A stretch of DNA of 64,000 nt, taken from assembly GCA_965247115.1 (NCBI GenBank), contig CBDFGR010000002.1, positions 1,824,001-1,888,000 of the forward strand, given 5' to 3'. Below are positions 48,023-56,941 of this stretch, one piece after another (positions within the stretch are counted from its first letter, which is position 1; each line of letters opens with the position of its first letter). A program made the position numbers and the translations under genes. The stretch is from Myxococcota bacterium (GTDB lineage: Bacteria > Myxococcota_A > UBA9160 > SZUA-336). The notes under the pieces are model-generated. The model saw nothing but the letters and a program-made list of their open reading frames with translations, made no database searches and was not told the origin of the DNA.

Positions 48023-50214
48023 GCGGGGGGCGGCGCAGGGAAGCGCATGCGGAAGGAGGCCCCCTGGCCCGGCCGTCCCTCCGCCGTGATCGTTCCGCCG
48101 TGGCGTTCCATGATGCGCCGGCAGAGCGCCATGCCGAGGCCGGAGCCCTCCTCCCGGGAGCCGAACCGCTCGTAGATGCCGAACACCTTATCGGCGTCCT
48201 CGGGTGCGAAGCCGCGCCCGTTGTCCGCGTACAGGATCTCGAGCCAGTCGCCACCCCGCTGTGACGAGAAGCGTAGCTCCGGAGACGCTTCGGGACGGCG
48301 GTACTTGATCGAGTTGTCGAGCAGGTTTCGCACCAGCTGATAAAGCTGGCGGGAGTCTCCCCGAACCGAGGGCAGGTCGTCAGAGTGCACGGTGGCTCCG
48401 ACCTCCTCCAGCGCCGACTTTAGATCCGACGTGATCTCGCGAATGACGGACGCCATGTCGACGAGCTCCAGGTCGAAGACCGCCGACGAGGTCTCGGAGA
48501 GCGCGATCTGGCCCGCGATGAGATTGTCCATGCGCTTCACCGAGCGTCGGATTTCGGAGAGGTACTCTCGGCCCTGGGGGTCGAGCGAGTCGCCGTACTG
48601 CGAGTCCAGAAGCTCCGCCCAGAGCGCCTGCGCGGAGACCGGCTGCCGCAGCTCGTGGGACAGGAAGGACGCGAACCGCCCGAGCTCGCGGTTGGTGCGC
48701 TCGAGTGCAGTGGTGCGCTGCGCGACACGATCTCCGAGCTCCGTGTTGAGCGCTCGAACCTGCTCCTCCGCTTGCTTGTGTGCCTCGACCTCGGTGTCCA
48801 GCCTGCGCGCTCGCGCCGAAGACAGCTGGGCCGCGCGAATCGCCCATACGAGTAGACTCGCGAGCACGAGCCCTCCAGCAAGGACGACCTGGGGCAGGAA
48901 GGAGCGCTGCTGTGCGAGCCACTCCTCCGAGGGCTGGACGGTCAGCGAGAGTGTCAGCGCCTTCTGAACGGGGAGCGTGCGCGACCACTGGCGAGAAAGG
49001 CCACTTGGTCGCCCGTCGTAGATCGTCGTCTTGCCAGCGCGTAGTCGCACCGCGTAGTTGGACGGAAGCGCCGTCGAGAGTGCTTCCAGCAGCTCCGGGG
49101 CACGGAACACACCGCAGAGCCATCCCTTGGGATCTCCCACATTGCCCAGCGCCGCCGCGAGCCGAAAGCCACGCGTGCCGTCGGCGAACGAGACTGCCTC
49201 TGCCCAGGTCCGCGGGAGAGCCTCGTCCGTGCCACCAGACGGGAGCACCAGCGCCGGTTGCTCTGCGGCCTTGGGATACGTCCAGCCGATGTCTCCCTCC
49301 CGCTTGATCCATTCGATCGAGCTCATGCCGGGGGAACGGGAGAGGACCAGTCGGGCGTCGGATTCCCATGCACCGCGCCAGCGAATGATCCTGTCCTCCC
49401 ACTCGTTCGCGAGGGCGGAGAGCGCGTTCGTCCGTTCTTCGATCTCGGCGCGGATCTCCGCGCGAATCTGATATGCCGTAGCCTCGACAGAGCTCCGGAT
49501 CTGAGCCTCTTCGTGCCTGGTGATCGCGTGGAAGAACAGGAAGGCGAGCGCGGCGACGAGCAGCCCGGCGAGCAATGGACCCTGCCAGAGAGGCTTCGCG
49601 TCCGGGTCCGCAAGCGCGGCCCTGCGCCATGCCAGCGTCGACCCCACGACGAGGAACGATACTCCCGTCGCCTGGGCCATCGGCGTTAGCCCACCCCACT
49701 TGTAGGCCGCGTCGAGCCCCATCGCGTGCCCGAGCAGTGCGCCTGCTCCGAGCGCGAAGGCGCCCACCGCAGAGAGTCCGCCGAGCGACGGGAGACGTCG
49801 GAGCGTCACGAGTGCGATTCCCGTCAACAGCACGCACACGGCCGTATTTGGCGGCATCGGACTTGGCTGTAGAGCTCCAGCTGGAAGCCAGCGCGTGACG
49901 AGGCCAGCGGCGATCCCGACGTCGAGTGGGTAGCGGTACTCGACCAGCACGACGGCACCCGCAGCGGCCGTCGCCAGACCCACGAGAACCGCAAAGATCT
50001 TGCGTCTCAGCGTCGAGAGCAGGAGCCCCACGCCTGCCAGAGCCAGGCCCGCGGCGCTGTCGGGTTGCATGGGAGCCCAGGCGGGCCGCACCTGCACCAG
50101 CTCGGGCGAGCCGAGCATCCAGCCGGTCCCGACGACGCCGGCGACCCCGAGGGCCAGGAATCCCGCGACCGCCCTCACGGTTGAATTGAATCGCTGCGTC
50201 GCTGGGTGGGGCAT
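48019..50214 (-). CDS. Membrane sensor histidine kinase
   Basis: Multiple TM segments; SHELRQP H-box; NLLDNSIKY; DNGRG; GSGLGM. Confidence 0.92.
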   Translation of the reverse strand: MPHPATQRFNSTVRAVAGFLALGVAGVVGTGWMLGSPELVQVRPAWAPMQPDSAAGLALAGVGLLLSTLRRKIFAVLVGLATAAAGAVVLVEYRYPLDVGIAAGLVTRWLPAGALQPSPMPPNTAVCVLLTGIALVTLRRLPSLGGLSAVGAFALGAGALLGHAMGLDAAYKWGGLTPMAQATGVSFLVVGSTLAWRRAALADPDAKPLWQGPLLAGLLVAALAFLFFHAITRHEEAQIRSSVEATAYQIRAEIRAEIEERTNALSALANEWEDRIIRWRGAWESDARLVLSRSPGMSSIEWIKREGDIGWTYPKAAEQPALVLPSGGTDEALPRTWAEAVSFADGTRGFRLAAALGNVGDPKGWLCGVFRAPELLEALSTALPSNYAVRLRAGKTTIYDGRPSGLSRQWSRTLPVQKALTLSLTVQPSEEWLAQQRSFLPQVVLAGGLVLASLLVWAIRAAQLSSARARRLDTEVEAHKQAEEQVRALNTELGDRVAQRTTALERTNRELGRFASFLSHELRQPVSAQALWAELLDSQYGDSLDPQGREYLSEIRRSVKRMDNLIAGQIALSETSSAVFDLELVDMASVIREITSDLKSALEEVGATVHSDDLPSVRGDSRQLYQLVRNLLDNSIKYRRPEASPELRFSSQRGGDWLEILYADNGRGFAPEDADKVFGIYERFGSREEGSGLGMALCRRIMERHGGTITAEGRPGQGASFRMRFPAPPPA

Positions 50215-50308
50215 GAAGCGCGTCCCGTCGGGCCGGCTGAGGCCCCAGTCTACCCCAAGCCGCGATGGTAGAGTTGCCTCTCGACCCGAACCCCAGTGGA
50301 GGCAGCCG

Positions 50309-50656
50309 ATGAAGTTCATGATCAACTTCACCCACATCGACGGAACGTGGGAGAAGCTGAGCGCGACCGAGCTCGAGAACGTTCAAGCGCAGCACAAGGA
50401 GTTCGTGCGGGTGCTCCAAGAGGAGCAGAACACACAGATGACTTTCTTCACGCCGCCGGGAGATGCGAAGGCGGTGCGCCGCAAGCAAGACTGGAGCCTC
50501 GAGGTTAGTGACGGTCCCCTGTTGCCGAGCCCCGAGTTTGTGGGGGGCTACTTCATTATTGAAGCCGACTCGATGAACGACGCCGTGGAGTTCGCAAAGC
50601 GCGGCCGCTACATGTTCGGTGCCAATGAGATCCGCGAGATCGTGGAGAGCGACTAG
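50309..50656 (+). CDS. YciI (DGPF-type) family protein
   Basis: SDGPLL..EFVGGYFIIEADSMNDAVEFA..EIREI. Confidence 0.85.
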   Translation: MKFMINFTHIDGTWEKLSATELENVQAQHKEFVRVLQEEQNTQMTFFTPPGDAKAVRRKQDWSLEVSDGPLLPSPEFVGGYFIIEADSMNDAVEFAKRGRYMFGANEIREIVESD

Positions 50657-50708
50657 AGCGACTTCTGGAAGGTTGACAGGTGGACCGGCGTTCCCTTGGA
50701 TTCCTTGC

Positions 50709-51539
50709 ATGGAGAGACTCGACGGCAGAGTGGCGGTGGTGACCGGGGCCAGTCGCGGTGTAGGTCGTGGCGTTGCGCTGGGTCTGGGGGAAGCTGGCGC
50801 GACCGTCTACGTGACCGGGCGGACGCTCAGCGACGGAGCTTCCGAGTACCCCGGGTCACTCGAGTCTACGGCGCAGGCCGTCTCGGAGCTGGGTGGCAAA
50901 GCCCGGGCCGTTTGCTGCGACCACACCTGCGATGAGGAGGTCGAGGCTCTCTTCGGGCAGGTGCTCGAGGAGAGCGGGCGGGTGGACGTGCTCGTGAACT
51001 CGGCATGGGGGGGCTACGAGCGCATGTCGGAGGAAGGGGAGTTCACGTTCGCGCTGCCGTTCTGGGAGCAGCCCTGGTGGCGCTGGGACGCGATGTTCCA
51101 AGCGGGCGTACGGGCTGCGTACGTGGCCAGCGCGCTCGCCGCGAGGTCCATGATCCGTGCGCGCTCGGGCCTGATCGTGAACGTCTCTGCCTTCGCGGCC
51201 AGGAAGTACCTGGGGAACGTCGCGTACGGCGCATCCAAGGCCGCTACGGACAAGCTGAGCTTTGACATGGCAGAGGAGCTGCGCGAGCACTCGGTCGCCG
51301 TCGTCTCGCTCTATCCCGGACTCGTGCGCACGGAGAGCGTGCTCGCGGCAGGGGTGTTCGATCTGACGAACTCGGAGTCCCCGCAGTTTCTCGGTCGCGC
51401 CGTCGCGGCTCTGGCGGCAGCCCCGGACGCGCTCGCCCGGAGCGGACAGGCGCTCGTGGCCGCGGATCTCGCCAGGGAGTACGGTTTCCGCGACATCGAC
51501 GGTTCGCAGCCCGCACCTCTCAATCTGAACGAGCTCTAG
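50709..51539 (+). CDS. Short-chain dehydrogenase/reductase (DHRS1-like)
   Basis: TGASRGVG; YGASK. Confidence 0.92.
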   Translation: MERLDGRVAVVTGASRGVGRGVALGLGEAGATVYVTGRTLSDGASEYPGSLESTAQAVSELGGKARAVCCDHTCDEEVEALFGQVLEESGRVDVLVNSAWGGYERMSEEGEFTFALPFWEQPWWRWDAMFQAGVRAAYVASALAARSMIRARSGLIVNVSAFAARKYLGNVAYGASKAATDKLSFDMAEELREHSVAVVSLYPGLVRTESVLAAGVFDLTNSESPQFLGRAVAALAAAPDALARSGQALVAADLAREYGFRDIDGSQPAPLNLNEL

Positions 51540-52597
51540 GTCGTCATCCGACGGGCGAGATAGCGGTGGAAGAGCCGCAGCGTCTTCTCGTAGTGGCTCA
51601 GCCTGCCCGGTCGCCATAGGCGGCTCTGCAGGCCGCGCTGCACCCCCTCGCAGACCGGGATGTCCTCGTGATGGATCGTGTCCAGCATCTTCGTGTACGC
51701 CTCGATGATCCCGGGGCTGGACGCGTGTTCCGGAGGAACCAGCGGGTGGATTCGCAGGTGCAGGTGGTCGTGACTGTCGATCTGCATCTCGTACCAGGTC
51801 CCGAGGGGCGGGTCGCCGCGGCTCAGCGCGAAGAGCAGCGTCGGGAACACGTTGAAGACCCAGAACGGGGGCTCGCCAGGGTTCTCGAGCGCCGCGAACG
51901 GCCCCTGCAGGTCGAGAGCATGGGTGCCCTTGGCGGGGTTCGTGCGCTGCAGCGTATCCGCGTGAGGGCCCTGGTGGTGATACGACTCCATGAAGTTCTC
52001 CACCATCACCTTCCAGTTCCAGGGCGTGTCGAAGTCCAGGGCGTCGGCCGCGACAAAGTTGCAGAAGCCGAACGGCTCCAGCAGCGCATCCAGAGCCTTC
52101 ATGCGCGGTCCGAGCGGCTCCGCGTTCGGGTTCGCGCTCACGAACACGAAGCCCTGCCACTCCTCGAGCGATAGCTCGGGCAGCCGGCAGGCGTCGCGGT
52201 CGAAACCCGGCACGTCGTCCATCAACGGCGCCGTTTTGAGCCGACCGTCCAGATCGTACGACCAGCGATGGTAGGGACAGACCAGACGCCTGGCGTTGCC
52301 CGACCCCGTTGCGATCTGAAACGCGCGGTGCAGGCAGACTCCCGAGAACGAGTGCAGCTCGCGTTCCTCGTTGCGCACCAGCAGGACGGGCTCGCCGTAG
52401 AGGTCCAGCGCCCGGTAGTCGCCTGGCTCGGGGAGCTCGTCCTTCCGCGCGACCACGTGCCACTCCGGCCGCAGCACGCGCTCCAGCTCGAGCTGATGGA
52501 ACTCCTCGTCGAGATAGCAGTCCGCCGCAAGCGCGATCCCGGTGTCGGGCGCATGGGCGGTTCTCCGCAGCCGCTCGAGAATCGCGTCCAGACCCAC
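51536..52597 (-). CDS. Rieske oxygenase alpha subunit (choline monooxygenase/CntA-like)
   Basis: CLHR..CPYHRW Rieske motif; NWK..ENFMESYHH..H mononuclear iron site; AGGAG RBS. Confidence 0.9.
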   Translation of the reverse strand: MGLDAILERLRRTAHAPDTGIALAADCYLDEEFHQLELERVLRPEWHVVARKDELPEPGDYRALDLYGEPVLLVRNEERELHSFSGVCLHRAFQIATGSGNARRLVCPYHRWSYDLDGRLKTAPLMDDVPGFDRDACRLPELSLEEWQGFVFVSANPNAEPLGPRMKALDALLEPFGFCNFVAADALDFDTPWNWKVMVENFMESYHHQGPHADTLQRTNPAKGTHALDLQGPFAALENPGEPPFWVFNVFPTLLFALSRGDPPLGTWYEMQIDSHDHLHLRIHPLVPPEHASSPGIIEAYTKMLDTIHHEDIPVCEGVQRGLQSRLWRPGRLSHYEKTLRLFHRYLARRMTT

Positions 52598-52638
52598 GGT
52601 TACAACTCCTGGTAGTCCGGCGATGACTCCGCTTGATC

Positions 52639-53574
52639 CTAGCGGAACGCCGGAAGGACTTTCTCCGCAAAAAGCCGTGCCGGCTCGCGTGTGTCGCGGC
52701 CGAAGAACTCCATCAAGAGGGTCGTGCAGCCCAGCGCGCGGTGACGCTCGATGCACTCGATCACGCGTTCCGGCGAGCCCCAGATACCGTGCTCCTCGAG
52801 GCCGGCGCCCATGTGTCCGCCGTAGATTTTCTGTGCGCGCTCGAGGGACGATCGGGCCGAGCTCTCGTCGGGCGAGATCACGACCACACACTGCTGCGAG
52901 ACCTCGATGGAGTCGAAGTCGCGGTCGAGCTCGTTGCAGCGCTTGCGCAGCGCCTCGACCTTCTGTCCGAGTACCGGCTGGAACCCGGCCAGGTTGTTCC
53001 AGATGTCGGCGTGGCGTGCTGCAATCCCCATGAGGACGCGCTCTCCTCCTCCACCGATCAGGATCGGCGGGCGCCGCACGGGCTTCGGCTCCGAGACCGC
53101 GTCATGGACCTGGAAGTACTGGCCTTCGAAGGTGACCCGCTCCTCGGTGAACAGCCGCTTCATGACCTCGGCGGTCTCCTCGAGCGCGCGCATGCGCTCT
53201 CGCAGTGGCGGGAAGGGCGAGCCCGTGCCCTCGAACTCCGCCTGGAACCAGCCAGCGCCCAGCCCGACGATGCTCCGGCCCCCTGAAATGTGGTCGATCG
53301 TCGCAACCTGCTTGGCGAGGATCGCCGGATTGCGAAAGAAGGGTGGCGTGACGAGAGTGCCGAGCTCCACGTTCTCGGTGATGGCCGCCACCGCTGCGAG
53401 CTCCGTCCAGGCTTCGAAGATGGGCAGGTGGGGCGCGGGCACGCCGTACATATGGTCGCAGACCCAGACGGAATCGAAGCCGAGCCGATCGAATTCGAGA
53501 GCGGCGTCCCGTGTCTCCTCCCAGGACCGCTTGATCTGTGGCAGCGTGACTCCGAAACGAACGGCTCGACTCAT
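52639..53574 (-). CDS. LLM-class F420-dependent oxidoreductase (TIGR03560-like)
   Basis: WVCDH, FEAWTELAAVA, RNPAILAK, IGGGGE. Confidence 0.9.
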   Translation of the reverse strand: MSRAVRFGVTLPQIKRSWEETRDAALEFDRLGFDSVWVCDHMYGVPAPHLPIFEAWTELAAVAAITENVELGTLVTPPFFRNPAILAKQVATIDHISGGRSIVGLGAGWFQAEFEGTGSPFPPLRERMRALEETAEVMKRLFTEERVTFEGQYFQVHDAVSEPKPVRRPPILIGGGGERVLMGIAARHADIWNNLAGFQPVLGQKVEALRKRCNELDRDFDSIEVSQQCVVVISPDESSARSSLERAQKIYGGHMGAGLEEHGIWGSPERVIECIERHRALGCTTLLMEFFGRDTREPARLFAEKVLPAFR

Positions 53575-53677
53575 CGTGGCTCCTCCCTCACTCGCGCCAG
53601 CATACCAACTCCGAGGGCGCCCCCGTACGTGTTGAAGTAGGCTAGGACCGACCGCGTGGTGGCGGTGAGAGGTCCGT

Positions 53678-56600
53678 GTGGCGGGGGTGATACTGAGATC
53701 GGCTCGGGGGGAGCTCCGAACCGCCCGAGCTAGGGAGTGGCTCTCCGCGCATCTTCCAGCCGCCGAGGTTCTGGTCGTCGCGGCGACCCCTGACGCCGCT
53801 AGCGACCTGTTGCGCACGGCGGCTCTGAGCCAGGGCGCGTCCTTTGGCTGGCATCGGGCCACCCTTGGACGCCTGGCCGCAGAGCTCGCTACGCACGCTC
53901 TCGTCGAGGACGAGCTCGCTCCGATCGGGCGGCTCGCGTCGCAGGCCGTCGTGGCCCGCGTCCTGCACGAGCTGGCAGAGAGCGACGGGCTGGGGCGCTT
54001 CGTCGAGACCGCTCACGGCCCGGGGCTGGCGCGCGCGATCTCGGAGACTCTCGGGGAGTTGAGGCTCGCAGGGATCACAGCCGAGTCGCTCGGAACGGTC
54101 ATGCCCGAGCTCCGAGCGATCGCCACCAGCTACGACGTTGCTCTGCAGCGCGCGCAACTCATCGACCGGGCAGGCGTCTTCCAGCTGGCAGCCCGCCTGG
54201 CGGCAGAACCCGAGGTCGCGAGCCCGCTGCTCGGGCTTCCGACCCTGCTCCTCGACGTACCTGTCGAGAGCGCTGCGGAGCGCGCGCTCGTCGAGGCGCT
54301 CGCGGCTCGTTCTCCCTCGCTCCTGGCGACGGTTCCGGCGGGAGACGAGCGCGGCCGTCGGAATCTGGAAGCGGCTCTGGGAACAAGAGCGGAGGATCTG
54401 GAGAACAACTCCGCGACCTCTCTCTCTCGCTTGCAGACCCACCTGTTCGAGGAGTCGGCGCCTGCGCCAGCGGAGCTCGGCGAGGACGTGATCGTGCTCT
54501 CTGCCCCCGGAGAGAGTCGAGAGTGCGTGGAGATCGCCAGGCGGCTGCGTCGCTTTGCCGCAGAGGGAATCCCGTTCGACCGGATGGCGGTTCTGTTGCG
54601 CTCGCCGGAGGAGTACCGCCCACATCTGGAAGAGGCGCTCGCCCGCGCCGAAATTCCGGCTCACTTCGTGCGCGGCGCTGTGCGGCCCGATCCGGCGGGG
54701 CGCGCGCTTCTCGCTCTGCTCGGCTGCGCGGCGGAGCGACTCTCGGCGCGCCGATTTGCAGAGTACCTCTCGTTGGGTCAGGTCCCGTCTGCCGACGAGG
54801 CGGGTGCCCCACCGGCGCCTCGGGCGGACCGCTGGGTCGCGCCAGACGAGGAGCTCGTGTCCGAGATCGTGAGGGAGGGGGTTGCGGAGGGAGTGGCAGC
54901 TTCGGACCCGGGTGGGCTCGTGGACGATCCGGATGAGGCGCCCGTTGCGGCGGGAACGTTGCGTGCGCCGCGGCGCTGGGAGGAGCTTCTCGTCGACGCA
55001 GCCGTCATCGGCGGGAGGGACCGCTGGCAACGCCGCCTGGACGGAGTGGGGCGCGAGCTGAGTCTGGATCTGGAAGCGTTGGAGGAGGACGACCCCCGCC
55101 AAGAGCGCATCACCCGCGACCTGAAGGATCTCGCGAGCCTCCGTGACTACGCGCTTCCGCTGATCGACGAGCTCGACGCGCTGCCGAGGCGCGCGAGCTG
55201 GGGGGAGTGGCTCGACGCGCTCTCGGCTCTTGCCACCCGTTCCCTGCGACGGCCCGAACGGGTTCTCTCCGTTCTGTCCGAGCTTGCGCCCATGGCACCG
55301 GTTGGGCCGGTAGAGCTGCGGGAGGTCCGGCTGGTGCTGCAAAGCCGCCTGCAGCAGGTGCACGAGCCCCCGTCGAAGCGGCGCTATGGCCGAGTCTATG
55401 TCGCACCGACCGACGCGGCGCGCGGGCTCGCGTTCGAGGTCGTGTTTGTGCCGGGGCTTGCCGAGAAGCTGTTCCCGCGCAATATCGTCGAGGATCCGAT
55501 CCTGCTCGACGCGGCGCGGGAGCCCCTTGGCGGTCTCACGACGGACACGGAGCGGCTGGCCGGAGAACGGCTCGCGCTGCGGCTCGCGCTTGGCGCGGCG
55601 TCTCGGGTCGTCGTGCTCTCGTACCCGCGCCTGGACTTGGACCAGGGACGCCCGCGCGTTCCCTCCTTCTACATGCTGGAGGCGCTGCGCGCAGCGGAAG
55701 GGCGACTCCCCGGTTTTGACGAGCTGGCCGCCCGCGCGGAAACGCTGGCGGAAGTGCGTGTGGGATGGCCGGCGCCGGCCCGGCCGGAGGATGCGATCGA
55801 CGAGGCTGAGCACGACTTGGCGCTGCTCGAGAAGCTGCTGAGGGCGAAGCCCGGGGAAGGCATCGGCACGGCGCGCTACCTGCTCGCGGCGAACGAACAC
55901 CTCGGACGGGCGCTGCGTTTTCGCGCGCGCCGCTGGTTGCGACGCTGGACACCGGCTGACGGGCTGCTCGAGCCGACGGACCAGGCTCGTGAGGCCATGC
56001 GCGCGCACCAGCTACACGCGCGCAGCTACTCGCCTACGGCCCTTCAGAACTTCGCATCTTGTCCGTACCGGTTCTTTCTCTCCGCAGTGCTCAGGCTCGC
56101 TCCGCGCAGCATGCCGGAGGCGATCGAGGAGCTGGATCCACTGCAGCGGGGCTCGCTGGTTCACGAGGTGCAGTTCGAGCTGTTCCAGGAGCTGTCCCAG
56201 GAGGGTCTGCTTCCCGTAACACCACAGAACCTCCGCCGCGCGCGCGAGCTCCTCGACGCGGTGCTGGATCGGGTCGCTGCGCGCACGCGCGACGAGCTCG
56301 CGCCCGCGATCGAGCGCGTGTGGGAGGACTCCGTGGGATCGATCCGTGCCGACCTGCGCGAGTGGCTGCTCCGCATGAGCGAGGACGAGTCCGGCTTTGT
56401 GCCGTGGCGCTACGAGCTGGCGTTTGGTCTCCCCGGGCGACGTGCGGCGGATCCTCACTCTGCGCCCGAAGCCGCAGAGCTCGACTGCGGCGTTCGCCTG
56501 CGCGGCTCGATCGATCTGGTCGAGCGGCGCGGGGATGGCCACCTGCGTGCGACGGATCACAAGACGGGCAGGGAGCGCTTCAAGGCGGGAGCCGTCGTCT

Positions 56601-56941
56601 CGGGTGGAGAGGTGCTCCAGCCCGTACTCTACGCGCTGGCTCTCGAGAAGGTGTTTCCCGACGCAGAGGTCGATTCCGGACGCCTGTACTACTGCACGTC
56701 GGCGGGTGGCTTCACGGAGCGCGCGGTTCCCCTCGATGAGAAGGCCCGCCACAGTGCCGGCGAGCTCGCGAAGATCGTCGGCGCTGCCCTCGAGAAGCCG
56801 TTCCTGCCCGCGGCTCCAGCCAGGCGGGCCTGCGAGTGGTGCGACTTTCAGGTGGTCTGTGGTCCGTACGAGGAGCTGCGTACCGGGCGCAAGCCGCCGG
56901 GTGAGCTCGCGGATCTCGAGCAGCTCCGGGGCCTGCCATGA
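53678..56941 (+). CDS. addB: AddB-like subunit: inactive helicase plus PD-(D/E)XK nuclease with Fe-S staple
   Basis: SPTALQNFASCPYRF; RGSIDLVE..DHKT; CEWCDFQVVC. Confidence 0.82.
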   Translation: MAGVILRSARGELRTARAREWLSAHLPAAEVLVVAATPDAASDLLRTAALSQGASFGWHRATLGRLAAELATHALVEDELAPIGRLASQAVVARVLHELAESDGLGRFVETAHGPGLARAISETLGELRLAGITAESLGTVMPELRAIATSYDVALQRAQLIDRAGVFQLAARLAAEPEVASPLLGLPTLLLDVPVESAAERALVEALAARSPSLLATVPAGDERGRRNLEAALGTRAEDLENNSATSLSRLQTHLFEESAPAPAELGEDVIVLSAPGESRECVEIARRLRRFAAEGIPFDRMAVLLRSPEEYRPHLEEALARAEIPAHFVRGAVRPDPAGRALLALLGCAAERLSARRFAEYLSLGQVPSADEAGAPPAPRADRWVAPDEELVSEIVREGVAEGVAASDPGGLVDDPDEAPVAAGTLRAPRRWEELLVDAAVIGGRDRWQRRLDGVGRELSLDLEALEEDDPRQERITRDLKDLASLRDYALPLIDELDALPRRASWGEWLDALSALATRSLRRPERVLSVLSELAPMAPVGPVELREVRLVLQSRLQQVHEPPSKRRYGRVYVAPTDAARGLAFEVVFVPGLAEKLFPRNIVEDPILLDAAREPLGGLTTDTERLAGERLALRLALGAASRVVVLSYPRLDLDQGRPRVPSFYMLEALRAAEGRLPGFDELAARAETLAEVRVGWPAPARPEDAIDEAEHDLALLEKLLRAKPGEGIGTARYLLAANEHLGRALRFRARRWLRRWTPADGLLEPTDQAREAMRAHQLHARSYSPTALQNFASCPYRFFLSAVLRLAPRSMPEAIEELDPLQRGSLVHEVQFELFQELSQEGLLPVTPQNLRRARELLDAVLDRVAARTRDELAPAIERVWEDSVGSIRADLREWLLRMSEDESGFVPWRYELAFGLPGRRAADPHSAPEAAELDCGVRLRGSIDLVERRGDGHLRATDHKTGRERFKAGAVVSGGEVLQPVLYALALEKVFPDAEVDSGRLYYCTSAGGFTERAVPLDEKARHSAGELAKIVGAALEKPFLPAAPARRACEWCDFQVVCGPYEELRTGRKPPGELADLEQLRGLP

